64,000 bases of DNA, from IMG/VR virus record IMGVR_UViG_3300011008_000034, positions 32,001 to 96,000 of that record; one strand, given 5' to 3'. The stretch's first letter is position 1, and each line of letters starts with the position of its first letter. The position numbers were made by a program, and so were the translations under genes. Positions 50,098-59,198 of the stretch are shown in pieces. This stretch comes from a virus. Taxonomy: Duplodnaviria > Caudoviricetes. The notes below the pieces were generated by a model that made no database searches, was not told the DNA's origin, and saw nothing but the letters and a program-made list of their open reading frames with translations.

Positions 50098-51276
50098 TTA
50101 CATCCTTTCAATAATATCACTTTCTGTTACTGTATATTTTTTTATTTTTGACCCAGGTAACTTATACATAATATTCATAAGACTTTGTTCTAATATTGAT
50201 TTTAAACTACGTGCACCAGTCTTTTGTTTAATTGCCAAATGAGCAACTTTTTTAATAGCTTTTTCATCGAATTCCAAATCAATATTATCATATTTCATTA
50301 GTTGCTTATATTGTTTTATAAGAGAATCTTTTGGTTCAGTCAAAATCTTTAATAAATCATTTTCATCTAATGGGTCAAGAGGAACGATAATTTGAAGTCT
50401 TGAAACTAATTCACGAATTAATCCAAAATTCATAATATCTTCTTGTTTTACTTCTTTAAATAATTTATCATTAGCTTCAACTTTTTTTGCATCTCCTCCA
50501 AAACCAATTGTCTTTTTACTCATACGAGAAGCAATAATATCTTCAATTCCAGAAAAAGCGCCCATACACACAAATAATATATTATTAGTAGAGATTTTAC
50601 GACCTTTACCAGATAAAGGATTTCCGCTTAACTCAAACGTAGAACCCTCAATCATTTTTAAAATCGATGACTGCGCGTCTTTTCCTGAAACATCGCGTTG
50701 TCCATCATTACTAGCTTTTAATTTATCGATTTCATCTAATACACAAATTCCACGTTCAGCAACTTCAATGTTCCCATCTGCCTCATCCACAAGACGTTGA
50801 AGAACATCACTTACATTATCCCCAACGTAGCCAACTGCGCTTATCGCACTGGCGTCATGAACAACAATAGGAACATCAATAATACGTGCAATTGTACGAA
50901 TTAAGTGCGTTTTACCTGAACCAGTATTCCCGATAAACAATACATTTCCTTTCTGAATTTCTACATCATCTTTATTATTAATATCTTGTTTAAAAATGCG
51001 TTTATAGTGATTATAAACAGCTACACTTAAGGCTTTTTTAGCATAGTCTTGTCCGATGACATATTCATCAAGTTTCTTTTTAATTTCCTGAGGATTAAAT
51101 GGAATATTATCCATTTTCTTATTTAATTTTCTGCCAGCTAAAATGCTGTTACATAAATCTACACATTTATCACAAATATTAATAGAGCTCGTCATACCGT
51201 AAATAATTTTATCTTCATTGACAGATTCACCACAAAATTTACATTTAATCTTTTTGGCCATATTTTCCAACCTCAC
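50098..51276 (-). CDS. clpX: ATP-dependent Clp protease ATP-binding subunit
   Basis: CKFCG...ICDKC zinc domain, VIGQ..AK..LSVAVYNHYKR, GNTGSGKT, LDEIDK, RDVSG, IGF loop, TGAR. Confidence 0.93.
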   Translation of the reverse strand: MRLENMAKKIKCKFCGESVNEDKIIYGMTSSINICDKCVDLCNSILAGRKLNKKMDNIPFNPQEIKKKLDEYVIGQDYAKKALSVAVYNHYKRIFKQDINNKDDVEIQKGNVLFIGNTGSGKTHLIRTIARIIDVPIVVHDASAISAVGYVGDNVSDVLQRLVDEADGNIEVAERGICVLDEIDKLKASNDGQRDVSGKDAQSSILKMIEGSTFELSGNPLSGKGRKISTNNILFVCMGAFSGIEDIIASRMSKKTIGFGGDAKKVEANDKLFKEVKQEDIMNFGLIRELVSRLQIIVPLDPLDENDLLKILTEPKDSLIKQYKQLMKYDNIDLEFDEKAIKKVAHLAIKQKTGARSLKSILEQSLMNIMYKLPGSKIKKYTVTESDIIERM

Positions 51277-51377
51277 TTTCTTAGTTATATTGTAGTTGGT
51301 TTTATTAGTTTGATTTTTTAAAAATAGACCAAATACACAGTTTAAAAAGAGACCCTTAGAAGAGTCTCTTTTTTAAT

Positions 51378-51515
51378 CTATTCATCTTTTTTGTTAATGG
51401 TTTTTTTATTAATAGTAATTAATTTAAAATTTCCAATAGCAGCACATAATGAACAAAACATAAAAAATGTTAGATAAGGGTGAACAAAACACCACCAGAC
51501 AATACTGTCAATCAT
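51378..51515 (-). CDS. Small hydrophobic protein (45 aa)
   Basis: ATG overlaps the topoisomerase A stop; MIDSIVWWCFVHPYLTFFMFCSLCAAIG... Confidence 0.45.
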   Translation of the reverse strand: MIDSIVWWCFVHPYLTFFMFCSLCAAIGNFKLITINKKTINKKDE

Positions 51516-53818
51516 AATTGATTCACCTCAAATGTATTTGGAACACCTTTTAGAATATCCATTTTTTCTAAACGTTGTTTTGTTTTATATTGTTCTATAG
51601 TAATTAAATCATTTTTCGTATCATAATATTGAGGAGACTGGTTAATATAAATCTTGAATAATTCTGGTTTTTCTTTATTAGTAATATAATTTAATGTTTT
51701 AGCTGTACGTCCTTTGATTAAAATAGATGACATCGGTACTACTTTATAGAAGTAATTATCTGCTTTAGCAAGAATTAAACAAGAATTATTTTTGTCTTCT
51801 GATTCTAAAGATACTTGTACATCGATTATTTCATCATTAATAATGGACGAAATTTGAATGCCTTTAGTATTTACACCGCTCGTTTTGCAATTTGGCTTAA
51901 AACGAGTAATTCCCCCAGATTTAGTAGCTATAGTCACAACTTCATCTTCAGTATCTGAAATTAAAAGATTTTTTACTATAGTATGTTTTTCTGAGAATAA
52001 ATTCTTTCCTGATACCAATTTTGAAAATGCAGTTTTCTTTAAAAATCCATCACTAGTAATAGTCAATAAAATCTTATCAGAAACAGGAAAAATATCTGCA
52101 ATATTATTGATTTGAGTATTAGGAATATCAATTACTTTTGTTTGTACTAACTCTCCAGTTTTTAGAATAATCCAGATATAATCATTAGATTTTGCTTGGA
52201 AATATGTTTTATACAATGTTTTTCCTTCAGCAAGATTTTTAATCTTATCCACTAGTTTTAAGTTTTTATTAGTAAGAACTACATAATAAGATTTATCTTC
52301 TTCTTGAGTAGATGTATAATCAGAAAACGACTTAACAATTTTTGTACGGCGAGCGTCTCCAAATTCTTCTTTTAATTGAGTCAATTCGTTAATCATATAT
52401 TGTTTTAATTCATTTTCATCATTAAGAACCTTAGTATGATAAGATAATAATTGTTCTAATTTTTTAATATCTTCATGAATTTTTCCACGTTCACGTTTTA
52501 CTAATGAGCGTGATTTTCGGTCTAAAATATAATTTGCCTGAACATCTGTTAATTTATATTTTGTTTTTAATAGCTCCAATGCAGACTTATCATCTTCAGC
52601 TTCAATGATTTCCTTAATAACTGTTTTTATCTTATCAATGACTTTTGCTACACCTTGCATAATTTCCAATTTACGTTGTTCTTTTTCTGTAAGATATAAC
52701 ATTCTACGTTTAACTACTTCTTTACGATTTTCAATATAAATATCAAAATAGTCCATTAAAGTAATAATTTTTGGAGCATTTTGATAAACACCATACATGA
52801 CATATTTAATAGATTTTTCTAAATCTGTGTGATTATATAAAGAAGAAATAATACTTTGAAGGTTTGCGGATTTTGAACATTCTATGACTAAACGAATTGA
52901 ATTTTCTTCTGATTCATCTCTGACTGCTTGAATTTTCTGTAATTTCTTTTCTGATATTAATTTTAGAATCTTTTCAATCAATGCTTCAGTTTTTACGGCT
53001 GGAGGAATGTCAATGAAAGCTATTTCTGGATTTCCATTATATGGATTGGTTTCAATCTTATAATTACTTCTGTAAGTGATAGAAGCCTTTCCCGTTTCAT
53101 ATAAGGATTTAATATTCTCCTTCGTAATGGATGCACCAGTCGGGGCGTCAGGACCTTTAATGTATTTTAATAAATCTGATAATGTATAGGGATTAGAAAT
53201 AGCATAAATTAATGCGTCACATACTTCAGTAAGATTATGAGATGGACATTCGGTTTTCATTCCCACTGCTATACCTGATGCACCTTCGATTAAAAAAACA
53301 GGAAGTAATCCTGGCAATATTACTGGTTCAGTAGTGGTTTCATCATAATTAGGAATAAAATCTACACTGCATTCATCTTTAACATCTTCTAATAAATAAG
53401 AAGAAATTTTAGCTAAACGAGCTTCAGTGTAACGATCTGCAGCAGGAGAATCGCCGGAAATTGAGCCGTTACTTCCATGAAAATCTATTAATGGATAACG
53501 AAATTTCCAATTTTGAGACATATTAGCTAAAGTTCCGTAACAAGATGAATGAGGATGATACTTACCCATTACATTACCAGCTATGCGAGCACATTTTTTG
53601 AATGGCTTGTCATAATCATACCCTTCTTCCATGCAAGAATATAAGATTCTGCGTTGAGCAGGCTTCAAACCATCTAATACATTTGGAATAGCTCTATCAC
53701 ATATTACTAACATTGCATATGAAATCATACTATTTTTTATTTCTTGAGAGATGTCACTTTGCGTAATTTCTTCATTGTCTAACATACGTTGAATATATTC
53801 TGTAGAATTTTTCTTCAT
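51512..53818 (-). CDS. gyrA: Type IIA topoisomerase subunit A (GyrA/ParC)
   Basis: RAIP...DGLKP.QRRIL, KCARI.G.VMGKYHPH, AA.RYTEARL, GIAVGM, HNL.EV. Confidence 0.92.
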   Translation of the reverse strand: MKKNSTEYIQRMLDNEEITQSDISQEIKNSMISYAMLVICDRAIPNVLDGLKPAQRRILYSCMEEGYDYDKPFKKCARIAGNVMGKYHPHSSCYGTLANMSQNWKFRYPLIDFHGSNGSISGDSPAADRYTEARLAKISSYLLEDVKDECSVDFIPNYDETTTEPVILPGLLPVFLIEGASGIAVGMKTECPSHNLTEVCDALIYAISNPYTLSDLLKYIKGPDAPTGASITKENIKSLYETGKASITYRSNYKIETNPYNGNPEIAFIDIPPAVKTEALIEKILKLISEKKLQKIQAVRDESEENSIRLVIECSKSANLQSIISSLYNHTDLEKSIKYVMYGVYQNAPKIITLMDYFDIYIENRKEVVKRRMLYLTEKEQRKLEIMQGVAKVIDKIKTVIKEIIEAEDDKSALELLKTKYKLTDVQANYILDRKSRSLVKRERGKIHEDIKKLEQLLSYHTKVLNDENELKQYMINELTQLKEEFGDARRTKIVKSFSDYTSTQEEDKSYYVVLTNKNLKLVDKIKNLAEGKTLYKTYFQAKSNDYIWIILKTGELVQTKVIDIPNTQINNIADIFPVSDKILLTITSDGFLKKTAFSKLVSGKNLFSEKHTIVKNLLISDTEDEVVTIATKSGGITRFKPNCKTSGVNTKGIQISSIINDEIIDVQVSLESEDKNNSCLILAKADNYFYKVVPMSSILIKGRTAKTLNYITNKEKPELFKIYINQSPQYYDTKNDLITIEQYKTKQRLEKMDILKGVPNTFEVNQL

Positions 53819-53968
53819 TTTTACACACTCCTTTCTAATGGAATATATAAAAAAAGGAGAGATTTAAATCTCTCCTTTTTCAGTAAATGCATATTTATTT
53901 TATCCTCTCTGCGACCAGAAGACCCTCGCCTCTATAGGCGGGAGATGAATGGTCACGCCACAATATTT

Positions 53969-55495
53969 CTAAACATATACTAAAGATTTTCGTTGCACGA
54001 CAATACAATCCCGTGCGGGAAAATTCCTTTGTTCTTGCCCATAAGCCCTGTAATACTGATTATTAGTCAGGCTGCCTGTCATGGTATACCTTTGTTTTTG
54101 GAAAAGGAATGTCGCACCAGCCAGAATTCGTTCTGTATTATTGTATCTACGAAAAGATTTCACAACTTGGACTTTCGACAATTCCATGCGAGCCTGTCGG
54201 CGTCCAACTTTTTCACAAAGTTGCTTATACCAATCGCTTAGTGCAGGAACCTTCTCGTCTTGTTCGAAACGGGGTTTTCGATTTTTGGCTACGACCTCGA
54301 ATATAGGTTTTTCTGTTTCTTTTTTGCCTTTTTTAACCTTTTTTGTACCGACACACATCTTGTAAGTTCGTTCGCACTGAGCTTTGATGTTAGCCCTGTC
54401 ATGGTTTCTGAACTGCATAATCTCAAAGGGTTGGCTGCCGTCATACCGTAAAGGGAGGCTTCCTCTTAAAGCTGCTATGCAGGCAGCGTCAGCATTATGT
54501 TCCTTGACAATATTATGCTCCTCACGGAAATGTGCGGTTTCAAAGCCACGGCAGATATGCAGATTGTTTCCGAACATTGTCAAAAGTTCGTCATAGATAA
54601 ACGGCATGGCAATATTGACGATGGACGCTCCCGCATATTTTTTCTTCTTTCCAATACTGTCGAGCAATGCTCGATTTGTATGGACTTTATTATGACATTC
54701 GTTGCACAGTCCCACGATGTTTTCGGGCGTGTCGCTGCCGCCCTCGTGCCGTGGAACGATATGGTGGTGGTGCTCGATATTACCACCACACAACACGCAG
54801 CGACCGTCCTGCAAATAGTCGATATAAGCATTGATATTGGAAAAGCCCTTCATTCGCCCGTTCTGGAAGTCCATGCCCCGAACAGAGTCATCTTCCAGCA
54901 ACATGAACGCAAACTTGTTGTACTCCAAAGTCCAGTGTGTCACGGACAAAATCCTGCAAATCTGTTTCACCATATTGATATGCGTTTGGACGCACTGTCT
55001 TGCGGTCGGGGTTATCCAGTTTGCGGGACGTTTTCGGTGGCAAAATTTTGCCTCCGTGTTGGTGATGTCCTTCACTTGGAGGACACCGTTCTCGTATTTC
55101 GGGAGCTTCCGTCCTTCAGGAAAGTCTGTTATTGTGCCGTTTTTCTTTGCACGACGCTTCCTGCGAAGACGCTCGCCACGGCGAGAAGCCTGCCGATGGG
55201 CCTTGCGGTTTTTCATCAGCTTTGGAATCCCTTTGTTTCTGGTGGCAACGTGGGCCTCATAAACAACCTCTCCTTTCTGATTGACCACAGCCTCGCCGAT
55301 GTTGGTTCTACCGGGGTCAGTGCCACCGTAAAGGGGCTGGGTATAATTATCGGACTCGTACAAAAGCTGTATGACGAACGGCTTCGTTGAAACAGCTTTT
55401 GCCTGCCCAAAGTTAAGCAGCCTCCGTACATGACCGAACCTTTTGGTTGGCATGAGCGGGTTGCCGTTCTTGTTCAAAACATAAACTACATACAT
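53969..55495 (-). CDS. iscB: IscB RNA-guided endonuclease (GC-rich copy)
   Basis: PLMP, GTDPG, Arg-rich helix, LE, HHIVPR..GG.D...N...LC..CH..VH, HNADA; AAGGAG RBS before MYVVYV. Confidence 0.93.
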   Translation of the reverse strand: MYVVYVLNKNGNPLMPTKRFGHVRRLLNFGQAKAVSTKPFVIQLLYESDNYTQPLYGGTDPGRTNIGEAVVNQKGEVVYEAHVATRNKGIPKLMKNRKAHRQASRRGERLRRKRRAKKNGTITDFPEGRKLPKYENGVLQVKDITNTEAKFCHRKRPANWITPTARQCVQTHINMVKQICRILSVTHWTLEYNKFAFMLLEDDSVRGMDFQNGRMKGFSNINAYIDYLQDGRCVLCGGNIEHHHHIVPRHEGGSDTPENIVGLCNECHNKVHTNRALLDSIGKKKKYAGASIVNIAMPFIYDELLTMFGNNLHICRGFETAHFREEHNIVKEHNADAACIAALRGSLPLRYDGSQPFEIMQFRNHDRANIKAQCERTYKMCVGTKKVKKGKKETEKPIFEVVAKNRKPRFEQDEKVPALSDWYKQLCEKVGRRQARMELSKVQVVKSFRRYNNTERILAGATFLFQKQRYTMTGSLTNNQYYRAYGQEQRNFPARDCIVVQRKSLVYV

Positions 55496-55499
55496 TCCA

Positions 55500-55740
55500 A
55501 AAATCTCCTTTAGAGATAAATCGTCGCAGTTGCGACGTAAGATTGCCATAGACTCGGTGCAGCCTTAGAGTTTCGGGAGGCTTGGCATTACCCCCGGTTC
55601 TGGAGTTGCATCGCCCAACGGATATTTCTGTCGGAATCCCGTGCTTTCGTTATCACGGGTGTCTCTGCTCAACAACGCCCACTCGGGACTTGTTTCCAAG
55701 CCCCCGCTTCAGATGCGAAGCATTAAGCGGGGTTGTTGAC
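55500..55740 (-). ncRNA. omegaRNA scaffold of the GC-rich iscB
   Basis: GTCAACAACCCC...GGGGCTTG...GTTGTTGAGCAGAGAC...ACCGGGGGTAATGCCAAGCCTCCCG...GTCTATGGCAA. Confidence 0.85.
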
Positions 55741-56207
55741 TTATACCCTTTTTTATAACATTTTTTTATCCTATCATACCAGTTAACATAAATACTTATT
55801 TGTGGAAGTATTTTCTTTTTCATTTCATCATCATTTTTTTGTAATTGATATTCTATATATACAACCGGCATAAATTTATCTAATCCAAATTCAAATGAAT
55901 TTTTTACCTCTATTTTTATTGTATTTTTTTTATGACCATAAGTTTGATTCATAAGAATTATCATGTCATGATTTTTATAATAATCTTTATAATCACTATT
56001 GGTTTCATAAAAAGCACACTTTACGGTATTGTCCCAAATTCCCCAAATTCCAGACATAATTAATCCTAAATCTTCTCCATCTTTATTTAACTGAAAAACA
56101 GCTGGATTTTTATATTTACGAGATAATTTATATAAAACTAAATTTAATTTATCTTGCAATGTTCCACTAAAATGTTTATTTATAAAATTTAATTCCCAAT
56201 TTAACAT
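55653..56207 (-). CDS. Paralog family A-like protein; C-terminus extended into the IS
   Basis: Empty-site reconstruction ends ...CYKKGYK*; promoter at 56236-56267. Confidence 0.65.
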   Translation of the reverse strand: MLNWELNFINKHFSGTLQDKLNLVLYKLSRKYKNPAVFQLNKDGEDLGLIMSGIWGIWDNTVKCAFYETNSDYKDYYKNHDMIILMNQTYGHKKNTIKIEVKNSFEFGLDKFMPVVYIEYQLQKNDDEMKKKILPQISIYVNWYDRIKKCYKKGYKSTTPLNASHLKRGLGNKSRVGVVEQRHP

Positions 56208-56269
56208 ATTATAAACACCTTCCTTTCTTGTATATATTATAACACATAAAAAGGAAGGTGTAAATAGTT

Positions 56270-56746
56270 TTATTGGGAAAAATCTATATTTTTTTCTTTC
56301 ATTATTTTAATAACTTCATTATAGGCTTGTGAATATGATTCTGCTTCTAAAGGAATAATTGTGCAATTATCAATAATCGAATCATGCATACTTTTTATAG
56401 AATCACGTATACTTTGCCATGTCTCTCCATCATATTTTTTAGATTGTTTTTCTTTTATTGTTCCATCAATATTGTATTTATATTCATTTAAATATACAAT
56501 GTTATTTCCATTTTTATTTAATTGATAAATTTCACTTAAATAAATATATGGTTCATCTACTGCTGCTTCAGAAAATTGATATCCAAAATGTCCTTCAATT
56601 CCTATGTTTTCATCTCTCGTTATCGTAGCTTTGTACCCATTAGATATGTATTCATCATATCCTTGCATAATTCCTTTTGAAATAGATGAATCTGGTTCGT
56701 TAACATTTAACGTCCTTGCAATTCGTTCAGCTATAACATTTCTCAT
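56270..56746 (-). CDS. Paralog family B protein
   Basis: GIEGHFGYQ...PYIYLSEIY...SY.QAYNE similar to 18663 and 25731. Confidence 0.6.
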   Translation of the reverse strand: MRNVIAERIARTLNVNEPDSSISKGIMQGYDEYISNGYKATITRDENIGIEGHFGYQFSEAAVDEPYIYLSEIYQLNKNGNNIVYLNEYKYNIDGTIKEKQSKKYDGETWQSIRDSIKSMHDSIIDNCTIIPLEAESYSQAYNEVIKIMKEKNIDFSQ

Positions 56747-57363
56747 AAATAATCATTCAACTCCATAACAGTCATAGCAATATAAGATGAAATAGCATCA
56801 TCTATATCACTTTGATTAGCACCTAATTCTTTTGCTAATCTTTCTGCTTCTTTTTCAACTTTATCTAATAATCCATTTTTAGTTAAATAATCTTCCACCA
56901 TTCCAATACGAAAATAACTATCTGATTCTGCATATTGTTTGATAAAATCTTTGTGTTTAGTTATTTCTTCAAACGGAATTTCAAATTTATCTAGAATATC
57001 ATCTACCAAACTGATATATGCCTTCTTTAATCTTTTTGCTACCATATGACGATTTGAATAAGGAAGAGAATCTTGGATTTTTTCTTCTAATCTCATAGAA
57101 AATTCCGTAGATAATGCTTGAATAATATCATATTCATCAGCTTCTAATTGATTTTCTTCTATATAATCATATACTTCCATACATAAATCAGAACCTAAAA
57201 AATAACGTATAGAATAGTTATTTCTCAGTTGTCCTGTCATCTCTATATAATCATCATAGTCAAAACCTTTTCCCTGGAAAGCATTCTCTACTAAATCATT
57301 TAATTTATTTTCAAAATGATTTATTATTTCTTTTATTATATCTTGTGCACTAGATTTTTTCAT
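56743..57363 (-). CDS. Acidic hypothetical protein with internal KRLKKA motif and two similar halves
   Basis: 206-aa ORF. Confidence 0.6.
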   Translation of the reverse strand: MKKSSAQDIIKEIINHFENKLNDLVENAFQGKGFDYDDYIEMTGQLRNNYSIRYFLGSDLCMEVYDYIEENQLEADEYDIIQALSTEFSMRLEEKIQDSLPYSNRHMVAKRLKKAYISLVDDILDKFEIPFEEITKHKDFIKQYAESDSYFRIGMVEDYLTKNGLLDKVEKEAERLAKELGANQSDIDDAISSYIAMTVMELNDYL

Positions 57364-57372
57364 TGTATCACC

Positions 57373-57918
57373 TTATAATTTAATTATGTTTAAACATGAA
57401 TTAACGTAACTATCGTTCACTTTTGGACTATTCCATAAAGTAATATTATCCACTAATACGGGTATTTTTGACATTTTAATTGGTTCAAATTCAGGAGTAT
57501 TAAATGCCATTGTAATATGAGGAACATAACTTTTAAAATCTCTTTCTGGATGCTGATAATTTATTTGTTTATAGATATCATCAAATATATATCTAATTTG
57601 AAATAATTTAAATGCTCCTGAAACATCTAACCATGCCGCTCCCCGATCAAAACGATTTAATGTAGATGCAAATACATAAAAAGCAGGAAAATCTTTTGCA
57701 TAATTATCTTGGAATATCTGCATTGCTTGTTGTACTTTTTTGACATTATCATCGGTTTCTTTTCCAATATAATCAATTGTTATATGAAATGATGCGTCAT
57801 CTACATAATCACCCGGAATAATTTGTTTTGCATTTGTCTGAGAATTTTTTAGCATGGCTATTGTCATAGGGTCAGTTATATTCATAGCTAACCATAATTC
57901 ATTTCTTGCTTCACTCAT
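57373..57918 (-). CDS. 2H phosphoesterase (LigT/Acb1-like fold)
   Basis: Two HxT motifs: FHITIDYIG and PHITMA. Confidence 0.8.
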   Translation of the reverse strand: MSEARNELWLAMNITDPMTIAMLKNSQTNAKQIIPGDYVDDASFHITIDYIGKETDDNVKKVQQAMQIFQDNYAKDFPAFYVFASTLNRFDRGAAWLDVSGAFKLFQIRYIFDDIYKQINYQHPERDFKSYVPHITMAFNTPEFEPIKMSKIPVLVDNITLWNSPKVNDSYVNSCLNIIKL

Positions 57919-58298
57919 TAGTATTCACCATTCTTAATTCTATCATAAATATTGTACATAAAATAATGTTTTGTAAATAAATTCTCATAATCTTTATAAA
58001 TAACATATAGATTTACACCTTGATTTATCTTTTTTTGAATATCGTAAATCATATCATAAGTTAGTTTTGAATTCGGATTATTTTCCACTGTACGCCTAAC
58101 ATAGAAATCTTTGTTTTCCCGAGTAAAAACCTCAGACATGACATTTTTCCAAGTAACACCCTGCCAAATCTTATTAAAGCCAGATAAAGACACAATATCA
58201 GAGTATTTTTTATAAACTTGTTGTTTGTTTTCATGATTTGCATAACTTTTTCTTATTTCTTCAACTTGATATTTTTTAATCTTTGACATAACTATCAC
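57918..58298 (-). CDS. DNA-binding domain of homing-endonuclease type, no catalytic domain seen
   Basis: V.EIRK.Y...KIWQGVTWKNV, NPNSKLT...I..I. Confidence 0.55.
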   Translation of the reverse strand: MIVMSKIKKYQVEEIRKSYANHENKQQVYKKYSDIVSLSGFNKIWQGVTWKNVMSEVFTRENKDFYVRRTVENNPNSKLTYDMIYDIQKKINQGVNLYVIYKDYENLFTKHYFMYNIYDRIKNGEY

Positions 58299-58429
58299 CT
58301 TCCATTTTTTATTTTAAACTAAAAAGAGGAACTTAAATTCCTCTTTTTAAACGTTACCAAATTCCATCTTTTATTTTTTTAAATTCAATAAGAGAGAAAA
58401 CAAAATGTCTTCTCTCTAAAAAATACTTT

Positions 58430-58831
58430 TTACAAACTAGATAAATCTGCTAAATATGAATTTTCTTCAATAAATTGTTTACGAAGTTGTGCATCTTTTC
58501 CCATAAGAATTTCAAAAATTTCCGCAGCTTCTTTTGCATCTTCAATTGTAATTTGCTTTAAAGTGCGTGTTTTAGGGTCGACAAGAGTTTCTTTTACCTC
58601 TTGTGGTCCCATTTCTCCAACTCCTTTGAAGCGGTTTACACTATATTTTTCATTTGGATGTTCTTTACGGTATTGTTTTAATGCTGCATCATCTTTTAAA
58701 TATAACGACGATGTATCTGATTTTATAATTCTATACAATGGAGCCACAACAATATAAACATGTCCTTCTAAAATTAATTGAGGCATATAATAATAAAACA
58801 ATGTAAGAATTAATGACGCAATATGGTTTCC
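58430..58831 (-). CDS. gyrB: Type IIA topoisomerase subunit B, exon 2
   Basis: GNHIASLILTLF, PLYRI, RFKGVGEM, LMG.....RK.FI. Confidence 0.92.
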   Translation of the reverse strand, partial: GNHIASLILTLFYYYMPQLILEGHVYIVVAPLYRIIKSDTSSLYLKDDAALKQYRKEHPNEKYSVNRFKGVGEMGPQEVKETLVDPKTRTLKQITIEDAKEAAEIFEILMGKDAQLRKQFIEENSYLADLSSL

Positions 58832-59198
58832 CGAATACATTCACATTAGTTCGTTACTTCTAATGCAGTTCTCTCATGAACTTCTTACGCTTTCACGTAA
58901 AGTCTAGACTATATCTTCACCATATATCTAAATAGATACTTAGGGCCACTCATTTCCATGCACTTACATGTACTCCTTTTTAGGATAGTCGTTGAGGGTG
59001 AATTATCTTCCCTGCTGATTGCCGATTATATTAGACTTAGGATTTAACCATATCTTATCTAATCAATTTTTTCTACTTTCGTAACCAAATTTATTTGGTT
59101 TGATTAGCTTTACGGGTTTCCAGCATATAAGAGTGGATTCTTATGCAAGTTTCCCTACATAAGGACTTAATTAAATTTTATAAAATTTAATTTTATTA
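58832..59198 (-). ncRNA. Group I intron (367 nt, no ORF) in gyrB
   Basis: ATATGCTGGAAA, AATCAGCAG, CTCAACGACTA and AAGATATAGTCTA core; exon 1 ends in U and intron ends in G; splicing restores DADID|GNHI. Confidence 0.93.

Larger units (their letters stand above)
53904..55740 (-). mobile_element. Non-autonomous IS200/IS605-family IscB element (GC-rich, recent)
   Basis: Sharp GC step at both ends; subterminal hairpins; TTTAT flank at 53899-53903 and ...GTTGAC end at 55740; no tnpA. Confidence 0.88.

Noticed and set aside
53993-55431. Numerous overlapping ORFs (e.g. 54497-55390, 297 aa) within the GC-rich iscB
   Set aside because: Antisense or alternate-frame shadows caused by higher GC; no recognisable motifs.
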